Assembly (NCBI GenBank): GCA_002189035.1
Contig: NEEC01000061.1
Coordinates: forward strand, 17,576-81,575
Direction of reading: 5' to 3'
From: Utricularia gibba
Lineage: Eukaryota > Plantae > Magnoliophyta
DNA length: 64,000 bases
The translations under genes were made by a program, and so were the position numbers. This document shows positions 54,801-64,000 of this stretch, piece by piece. Below the pieces are notes generated by a model. It was not told the origin of the DNA. It saw nothing but the letters and a program-made list of their open reading frames with translations, and ran no database searches. Numbering within the stretch: position 1 is the first letter of the stretch; each line of letters opens with the position of its first letter.

Positions 54801-57800
54801 CCGTTTAGAGTCACGCGACACACAGCATACCGTTTCGAAGCTCATTCTGAGACGATCGTTTTTCGTGTTGGGAGTTCGCCCATCCGAGGAAAGTTCGAAG
54901 CTCGACGGATGGCCCTATATAAGCCTTGAATGGTGTCACAAAATGGCCTAGCCATTGGGGACATTGCGACTCCTTTGCTCGTTTTTATGCGAAAATTATT
55001 CTCGGATTGCGAAACACGCGTGATTCGTTAATATATGTCAAAATCTTGAATTTCGCGGCATTCTCATGCGTTTCTATGGGTGTGCTCGGGCCTGGGACTT
55101 CCTACACCAAGGGGTGGCCTCGCGCAGCCTTCGCCATTGACGCCACATCGTCCAAACCGTTTAGAGTCACGCACACGCATACCGTTTCGAAGCTCATTCT
55201 GAGACGGTCGTTTTTCGTGTTGGAGTTCGCCCATCCGAGGAAAGTTCGAAGCTCGACGGATGGCCCTATATAAGCCTTGAATGGTGTCACAAAATGGCCT
55301 AGCCATTGGGGACGTTGGGACTCGTTTGCTCGTTTTTATGCGAAAACTAATCTCGGCTTGCGAAACACGCGTGATTCGTTAATATATGTCAAAATCTTGA
55401 ATTTCGCGGCATTCTCATGCGTTTCTCCGAGTGTGCTCGGGCCCTGGGAATTCCTACATTAAGGGGTGGCCTCGCGCAGCCTTCGCCATTGACGCCACAT
55501 CGTCCAAACCGTTTAGAGTCACGCGACACAAGCATACCGTTTCGAAGCTCATTCCGAGACGATCGTTTTTCGTGTTGGGAGTTCGCCCATCCGAGGAAAG
55601 TTCGAAGCTCGAGGATGGCCCTATATAAGCCTTGAATGGTGTCACAAAATGGCCTAGCCATTGGGGACGTTGCGACTCGTTTGCTCGTTTTTATGCGAAA
55701 ATTAATCTCGGCTTGCGAAACACGCGTGATTCGTTAATATATGTCAAAATCTTGAATTTCGCGGCATTCTCATGCGTTTCTCCGAGTGTGCTCGGGCCCT
55801 GGGAATTCCTACATTAAGGGGTGGCCTCGCGCAGCCTTCGCCATTGACGCCACATCGTCCAAACCGTTTAGAGTCACGCGACACACAGCATACCGTTTCG
55901 AAGCTCATTCTGAGACGATCGTTTTTCGTGTTGGGAGTTCGCCCATCCGAGGAAAGTTCGAAGCTCGACGGATGGCCCTATATAAGCCTTGAATGGTGTC
56001 ACAAAATGGCCTAGCCATTGGGGACGTTGCGACTCGTTTGCTCGTTTTTATGCGAAAACTATTCTCGGCTTGCGAAACACGCGTGATTCGTTAATATATG
56101 TCAAAATCTTGAATTTCGCGGCATTCTCATGCGTTTCTACGGGTGTGCTCGGGCCCTGGGACTTCCTACACCAAGGGGTGGCCTCGCGCAGCCTTCGCCA
56201 TTGACGCCACATCGTCCAAACCGTTTAGAGTCACGCGACACACAGCATACCGTTTCGAAGCTCATTCTGAGACGATCGTTTTTCGTGTTGGGAGTTCGCC
56301 CATCCGAGGAAAGTTCGAAGCTCGACGGATGGCCCTATATAAGCCTTGAATGGTGTCACAAAATGGCCTAGCCATTGGGGACGTTGCGACTCTTTGCTCG
56401 TTTTTATGCGAAAATTGTTCTCGGATTGCGAAACACGCGTGATTCGTTAATATATGTCAAAATCTTGAATTTCGCGGCATTCTCATGCGTTTCTCCGAGT
56501 GTGCTCGGGCCCTGGGAATTCCTACATTAAGGGGTGGCCTCGCGCAGCCTTCGCCATTGACGCCACATCGTCCAAACCGTTTAGAGTCACGCGACACACA
56601 GCATACCGTTTCGAAGCTCATTCCGAGACGGTCGTTTTTCGTGTTGGGAGCGCCCATCCGAGGAAAGTTCGAAGCTCGAAGGATGGCCTTATATTAGCCT
56701 TCAATGGTGTCAAAATGGTCTAGCCATTGGGGACATCGCGACTCCTTTGCTCGTTTTTATGCGAAAACTAATCTCGGCTTGCGAAACACGCGTGATTCGT
56801 TAATATATGTAAAATCTTGAATTTCGCGGCATTCTCATGCGTTTCTCCGAGTGTGCTCGGGCCCTGGGAATTCCTACATTAAGGGGTGGCCTCGCGCAGC
56901 CTTCGCCATTGACGCCACATCGTCCAAACCGTTTAGAGTCACGCGACACAAAGCATACCGTTTCGAAGCTCATTCCGAGACGATCGTTTTTCGTGTTGGG
57001 AGTTCGCCATCCGAGGAAAGTTCGAAGCTCGACGGATGGCCTATATAAGCCTTGAATGGTGTCACAAAATGGCCTAGCCATTGGGGACGTTGGACTCGTT
57101 TGCTCGTTTTTATGCGAAAAAATCTCGGCTTGCGAAACACGCGTGATTCGTTAATATATGTCAAAATCTTGAATTTCGCGGCATTCTCATGCGTTTCTCC
57201 GAGTGTGCTCGGGCCCTGGAATTCCTACATTAAGGGGTGGCCTCGCGCAGCCTTCGCCATTGACGCGTCCAAACCGTTTAGAGTCACGCGACACACAGCA
57301 AACCGTTTCGAAGCTCATTCTGAGACGATCGTTTTTCGTGTTGGGAGTTCGCCCATCCGAGGAAAGTTCGAAGCTCGACGGATGGCCCTATATAAGCCTT
57401 GAATGGTGTCACAAAATGGCCTAGCCATTGGGGACGTTGGACTCGTTTGCTCGTTTTTATGCGAAAACTAATCTCGGCTTGCGAAACACGCGTGATTCGT
57501 TAATATATGTCAAAATCTTGAATTTCGCATCATTCTCATGCGTTTCTACGGGTGTGCTCGGGCCCCGGGACTTCCTACACCAAGGGGTGCCTCGCGCAGC
57601 CTTCGCAATTGACGCCACATCGTCCAAACCGTTTAGAGTCACGCGACACAAAGCATACGTTTCGAAGCTCATTCTGAGACGGTCGTTTTTCGTGTTGGAG
57701 TTCGCCCATCCGAGGAAAGTTCGAAGCTCGACGGATGGCCCTATATAAGCCTTGAATGGTGTCACAAAATGGCCTAGCCATTGGGGACGTTGCGACTCCT

Positions 57801-60800
57801 TTGCTCGTTTTTATGCGAAAATTGTTCTCGGATTGCGAAACACGCGTGATTCGTTAATATATGTCAAAATCTTGAATTTCGCGCATTCTCATGCGTTTCT
57901 ACGGGTGTGCTCGGGCCCTGGACTTCCTACACCAAGGGGTGGCCTCGCGCAGCCTTCGCCATTGACGCCACATCGTCCAAACCGTTTAGAGTCACGCGAC
58001 ACACAGCATACCGTTTCGAAGCTCATTCTGAGACGATCGTTTTTTCGTGTTGGAGTTCGCCCATCCGAGGAAAGTTCGAAGCTCGACGGATGGCCCTATA
58101 TAAGCCTTGAATGGTGTCACAAAATGGCCTAGCCATTGGGGACGTTGGGACTCGTTTGCTCGTTTTTATGCGAAAATAATCTCGGGCTTGCGAAACACGC
58201 GTGATTCGTTAATATATGTCAAAATCTTGAATTTCGCGGCATTCTCATGCGTTTCTCCGAGTGTGCTCGGGCCCTGGGAATTCCTACATTAAGGGGTGGC
58301 CTCGCGCAGCCTTCGCCATTGACGCCACATCGTCCAAACCGTTTAGAGTCACGCGACACACAGCATACCGTTTCGAAGCTCATTCTGAGACGGTCGTTTT
58401 CGTGTTGGGAGTTTGCCCATCCGAGGAAAGTTCGAAGCTCGACGGATGGCCTTATATAGCCTTGAATGGTTTCAAAATGGTCTAGCCATTGGGGACATTG
58501 CGACTCCTTTGCTCGTTTTTATGCGAAAACTAATCTCGGCTTGCGAAACACGCGTGATTCGTTAATATATGTCAAAATCTTGAATTTCGCGGCATTCTCA
58601 TGCGTTTCTCCGAGTGTGCTCGGGCCCTGGGAATTCCTACATTAAGGGGTGGCCTCGCGCAGCCTTCGCAATTGACGCCACATCTTCCAAACCGTTTAGA
58701 GTCACGTGGCACAAAGCATTTCGTTTCGAAGCTCATTCTGAGACGGTCGTTTTTCGTGTTGGGAGCTTGCCCATCCGAGGAAAGTTCGAAAGCTCGAAGG
58801 ATGGCCTTATATTAGCCTTCAATGGTGTCACAAAATGGTCTAGCCATTGGGGACATTGCGACTCCTTTGCTCGTTTTTATGCGAAAATGTTTCTCGGATT
58901 GCGAAACACGCGTGATTCGTTAATATATGTCAAAATCTTTAATTTCGCGGCATTCTCATGCGTTTCTCCGAGTGTGCTCGGGCCCTGGGACTTCCTACAC
59001 CAAGGGGTGGCCTCGCGCAGCCTTCGCCATTGACGCCACATCGTCCAAACCGTTTAGAGTCACGCGACACACAGCATACCGTTTCGAAGCTCATTCTGAG
59101 ACGATCGTTTTTCGTGTTGGGAGTTCGCCCATCCGAGGAAAGTTCGAAGCTCGACGGATGGCCCTATATAAGCCTTGAATGGTGTCACAAAATGGCCTAG
59201 CCATTGGGGACGTTGCGACTCCTTTGCTCGTTTTTATGCAAAAATTGTTCTCGGATTGCGAAACACGCGTGATTCGTTAATATATGTCAAAATCTTGAAT
59301 TTCGCGGCATTCTCATGCGTTTCTCCGAGTGTGCTCGGCCTGGGAATTCCTACATTAAGGGGTGGCCTCGCGCAGCCTTCGCCATTGACGCCACATCGTC
59401 CAAACCGTTTAGAGTCACGCGACACACAGCATACCGTTTCGAAGCTCATTCTGAGACGATCGTTTTTCGTGTTGGGAGTTCGCCCATCCGAGGAAAGTTC
59501 GAAGCTCGACGGATGGCCCTATATAAGCCTTGAATGGTGTCACAAAATGGCCTAGCCATTGGGGACGTTGGGACTCGTTTGCTCGTTTTTATGCGAAAAT
59601 AATCTCGGCTTGCGAAACACGCGTGATTCGTTAATATATGTCAAAATCTTGAATTTCGCCATTCTCATGCGTTTCTCCGAGTGTGCTCGGGCCCTGGGAA
59701 TTCCTACATTAAGGGGTGGCCTCGCGCAGCCTTCGCCATTGACGCCACATCGTCCAAACCGTTTAGAGTCACGCGACACACAGCATACCGTTTCGAAGCT
59801 CATTCCGAGACGGTCGTTTTTTCGTGTTGGGAGCTTGCCCATCCGAGGAAAGTTCGAAGCTCGAAGGATGGCCTTATATTAGCCTTCAATGGTTTCACAA
59901 AATGGTCTAGCCATTGGGGACATCGCGACTCCTTTGCTCGTTTTTATGCGAAAATTATTCTCGGATTGCGAAACACGCGTGATTCGTTAATATATGTCAA
60001 AATCTTGAATTTCGCGGCATTCTCATGCGTTTCTCGAGTGTGCTCGGGCCCTGGGAATTCCTACATTAAGGGTGGCCTCGCGCAGCCTTCGCCATTGACG
60101 CCACATCGTCCAAACCGTTTAGAGTCACGCGACACAAAGCATTTCGTTTCGAAGCTCATTCTGAGACGGTCGTTTTCGTGTTGGGAGCTTGCCCATCCGA
60201 GGAAAGTTCGAAGCTCGAAGGATGGCCTTATATTAGCCTTCAATGGTGTCACAAAATGGTCTAGCCATTGGGGACATCGCGACTCCTTGCTCGTTTTTAT
60301 GCGAAAACTAATCTCGGCTTGCGAAACACGCGTGATTCGTTAATATATGTCAAAATCTTGAATTTCGCGGCATTCTCATGCGTTTCTCCGAGTGTGCTCG
60401 GGCCCTGGAATTCCTACATTAAGGGGTGGCCTCGCGCAGCCTTCGCCATTGACGCCACATCGTCCAAACCGTTTAGAGTCACGCGACACACAGCATACCG
60501 TTTCGAAGCTCATTCCGAGACGGTCGTTTTTCGTGTTGGGAGTTCGCCCATCCGAGGAAAGTTCGAAGCTCGACGGATGGCCCTATATAAGCCTTGAATG
60601 GTGTCACAAAATGGCCTAGCCATTGGGGACGTTGGACTCGTTTGCTCGTTTTTATGCGAAAATAATCTCGGCTTGCGAAACACGCGTGATTCGTTAATAT
60701 ATGTCAAAATCTTGAATTTCGCGCATTCTCATGCGTTTCTCCGAGTGTGCTCGGGCCCTGGGAATTCCTACATTAAGGGGTGGCCTCGCGCAGCCTTCGC

Positions 60801-63800
60801 CATTGACGCCACATCGTCCAAACCGTTTAGAGTCACGCGACACACACATACCGTTTCGAAGCTCATTCTGAGACGGTCGTTTTTCGTGTTGGGAGCTTGC
60901 CCATCCGAGGAAAGTTCGAAGCTCGAAGGATGGCCTATATTAGCCTTCAATGGTTTCACAAAATGGTCTAGCCATTGGGGACGTTGGGACTCGTTTGCTC
61001 GTTTTTATGCGAAAACTAATCTCGGCTTGCGAAACACGCGTGATTCGTTAATATATGTCAAAATCTTGAATTTCGCGGCATTCTCATGCGTTTCTATGGG
61101 TGTGCTCGGGCTGGGACTTCCTACACCAAGGGGTGGCCTCGCGCAGCCTTCGCCATTGACGCCACAACTTCCAAACCGTTTAGAGTCACGTGACACAAAG
61201 CATTTCGTTTCGAAGCTCATTCTGAGACGGTCGTTTTTCGTGTTGGAGTTCGCCCATCCGAGGAAAGTTCGAAGCTCGACGGATGGCCCTATATAAGCCT
61301 TGAATGGTGTCACAAAATGGCCTAGCCATTGGGGACGTTGGGACTCGTTTGCTCGTTTTTATGCGAAAATAATCTCGGCTTGCGAAACACGCGTGATTCG
61401 TTAATATATGTCAAAATCTTGAATTTCGCGGCATTCTCATGCGTTTCTCCGTGTGCTCGGGCCCTGGGAATTCCTACACAAGGGGTGGCCTCGCGCAGCC
61501 TTCGCCATTGACGCCACATCGTCCAAACCGTTTAGAGTCACGCGACACACAGCATACCGTTTCGAAGCTCATTCTGAGACGATCGTTTTTCGTGTTGGGA
61601 GTTCGCCCATCCGAGGAAAGTTCGAAGCTCGACGGATGGCCCTATATAAGCCTTGAATGGTGTCACAAAATGGCCTAGCCATTGGGGACGTTGGGACTCG
61701 TTTGCTCGTTTTATGCGAAAACTAATCTCGGCTTGCGAAACACGCGTGATTCGTTAATATATGTCAAAATCTTGAATTTCGCGGCATTCTCATGCGTTTC
61801 TCCGAGTGTGCTCGGGCCCTGGGAATTCCTACATTAAGGGGTGGCCTCGCGCAGCCTTCGCCATTGACGCCACATCGTCCAAACCGTTTAGAGTCACGCG
61901 ACACAAAGCATACCGTTTCGAAGCTCATTCCGAGACGGTCGTTTTTCGTGTTGGGAGTTCGCCCATCCGAGGAAAGTTCGAAGCTCGACGGATGGCCCTA
62001 TATAAGCCTTGAATGGTGTCACAAAATGGTCTAGCCATTGGGGACGTTGCGACTCCTTTGCTCGTTTTTATGCGAAAATAATTCTCGGCTTGCGAAACAC
62101 GCGTGATTCGTTAATATATGTCAAAATCTTGAATTTCGCGGCATTCTCATGCGTTTCTCCGAGTGTGCGGGCCCTGGGAATTCCTACATTAAGGGGTGGC
62201 CTCGCGCAGCCTTCGCAATTGACGCCACATCTTCCAAACCGTTTAGAGTCACGTGGCACAAAAGCATTTCGTTTCGAAGCTCATTCTGAGACGGTCGTTT
62301 TTCGTGTTGGGAGCTTGCCCATCCGAGGAAAGTTCGAAGCTCGAAGGATGGCCTTATATTAGCCTTCAATGGTTTCAGAAAATGGTCTAGCCATTGGGAC
62401 ATTGGACTCCTTTGCTCGTTTTTATGCGAAAACTAATCTCGGCTTGCGAAACACGCGTGATTCGTTAATATATGTCAAAATCTTGAATTTCGCGGCATTC
62501 TCATGCGTTTCTCCAGTGTGCTCGGGCCCTGGGAATTCTACATTAAGGGGTGGCCTCGCGCAGCCTTCGCCATTGACGCCACATCGTCCAAACCGTTTAG
62601 AGTCACGCGACACACAGCATACCGTTCGAAGCTCATTCTGAGACGATCGTTTTTCGTGTTGGGAGTTCGCCCATCCGAGGAAAGTTCGAAGCTCGACGGA
62701 TGGCCCTATATAAGCCTTGAATGGTGTCACAAAATGGCCTAGCCATTGGGGACGTTGCGACTCCTTTGCTCGTTTTTATGCGAAAATATTCTCGGCTTTG
62801 CGAAACACGCGTGATTCGTTAATAATGTCAAAATCTTGAATTTCGCGGCATTCTCATGCGTTTCTCGGGTGTGCTCGGGCCCTGGGACTTCCTACACAAG
62901 GGTGGCCTCGCGCAGCCTTCGCCATTGACGCCACATCGTCCAAACCGTTTAGAGTCACGCGACACACAGCATACCGTTTCGAAGCTCATTCCGAGACGGT
63001 CGTTTTTCGTGTTGGAGCTTGCCCATCCGAGGAAAGTTCGAAGCTCGAAGGATGGCCTTATATTAGCCTTCAATGTGTCCAAAATGGCCTAGCCATTGGG
63101 GACGTTGGACTCGTTTGCTCGTTTTTATGCGAAAACTAATCTCGGCTTGCGAAACACGCGTGATTCGTTAATATATGTCAAAATCTTGAATTTCGCGGCA
63201 TTCTCATGCGTTTCTCCGAGTGTGCTCGGGCCCTGGGAATTCCTACATTAAGGGGTGGCCTCGCGCAGCCTTCGCCATTGACGCCACATCGTCCAAACCG
63301 TTTAGAGTCACGCGACACACAGCATACCGTTTCGAAGCTCATTCCAGACGGTCGTTTTTCGTGTTGGGAGCTTGCCCATCCGAGGAAAGTTCGAAGCTCG
63401 AAGGATGGCCTTATATTAGCCTTCAATGGTGTCACAAAATGGTCTAGCCATTGGGGACATCGCGACTCCTTTGCTCGTTTTTATGCGAAAATTATTCTCG
63501 GATTGCGAAACACGCGTGATTCGTTAATATATGTCAAAATCTTGAATTTCGCGGCATTCTCATGCGTTTCTAGGGTGTGCTCGGGCCCGGGACTTCCTAC
63601 ACCAAGGGGTGCCTCGCGCAGCCTTCGCCATTGACGCCACATCTTCCAAACCGTTTAGAGTCACGGCACAAAGCATACCGTTTCGAAGCTCATTCTGAGA
63701 CGGTCGTTTTTCGTGTTGGGAGCTCGCCATCCGGAAAGTTCGAAGCTCGACGATGGCCTATATAAGCCTTCAATGGTGTCACAAATGGCCTAGCCATTGG

Positions 63801-64000
63801 GACGTTGGGACTCGTTTGCTCGTTTTTATGCGAAAATTCTCGGCTTGCGAAACACGCGTGATTCGTTAATATATGTCAAAATCCTTGAATTTCGCGGCAT
63901 TCTCATGCGTTTCTCCGAGTGTGCTCGGGCCTGGGAATTCCTACACCAAGGGGTGGCCTCGCGCAGCCTTCGCAATTGACGCCACATCTTCCAAACCGTT
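18873..64000 (+). repeat. Mosaic C/B-type monomer domain, deletion-rich and probably a low-quality consensus
   Basis: Subtype-A markers (gcatcc, atctgagg) are absent. Mean unit length is ~352 bp over 48304-63797 (44 units) versus ~356 bp on the left. There are many 1-bp losses at subtype-diagnostic positions. Confidence 0.8.
36221..47880 (+). other. Zone containing scrambled or condensed monomers
   Basis: Patches at about 36221-36660, 37261-37400, 38211-38300, 39161-39360, 41301-41610, 44101-44170, 47331-47440 and 47631-47880 consist of 5-20-nt forward-strand fragments of the monomer with large gaps. Confidence 0.85.

Larger units (their letters stand above)
1..64000 (+). repeat. Tandem satellite DNA array, ~357-bp monomer, about 180 copies, all in one orientation, open at both window edges
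   Basis: The junction motif tgggga(c) recurs at 1, 357, 714, 1071, 1428, 1785, 2142 and onward to ~63800. The core ttgcgaaacacgcgtgattcgttaatatatgtcaaaatcttgaatttcgcggcattctcatgcgtttct recurs in nearly every unit. No unique sequence or inverted unit was seen. Confidence 0.99.
1..64000. other. Tentative family assignment: grass ~355-365-bp subtelomeric satellite (rice TrsA/Os48-like)
   Basis: Inference only, from monomer length, moderate GC, one EcoRI site in most monomers and CAAAA motifs. No database comparison was possible. Confidence 0.4.

Noticed and set aside
52-63979. All listed ORFs (60-288 aa), including the longest at 46404-47270 and 7244-8011
   Set aside because: They are recurring translations of the monomer, and the longer ones come from indel frameshifts joining units. 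There is no recognisable domain, and indels are tolerated freely.
1-64000. CRISPR array or repeat-spacer system
   Set aside because: There are no unique spacers. Variable segments are reused alleles of a few subtypes, and there are no cas-like genes.
1-64000. Inversions or telomeric repeats
   Set aside because: No reverse-complement monomer and no TTTAGGG/CCCTAAA or TTAGGG tract was seen on reading through.

Overview
The whole 64-kb window is one head-to-tail, single-orientation satellite array of about 180 copies of a ~357-bp monomer (~48% GC, unusually CpG-rich). I found no credible genes, RNA genes, transposons, CRISPR arrays or unique sequence. Every ORF in the track is a translation of the monomer, and the frames recur because 357 = 3 x 119. 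The real structure is inside the array. (1) Several monomer subtypes (called A, B, C, D, E here) share a nearly invariant ~70-bp core. (2) A clean 5-monomer higher-order repeat (HOR, ~1.78 kb) occupies 0.36-7.5 kb and then changes into 4-, 8- and 11-monomer arrangements up to ~19 kb. (3) The array shifts from A-rich on the left to C-rich on the right. (4) From ~17.5 kb on, and strongly at 36-48 kb, the sequence looks like a collapsed or mis-polished assembly: deletions fall on the sites that distinguish subtypes, and some monomers are scrambled. Monomer size and motifs suggest, without confirmation, the grass ~355-365-bp subtelomeric satellite family (rice TrsA/Os48 type). I found no new protein-coding system. 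The best leads are the HOR turnover, the conserved core with cell-cycle-box-like motifs, and the CpG excess.
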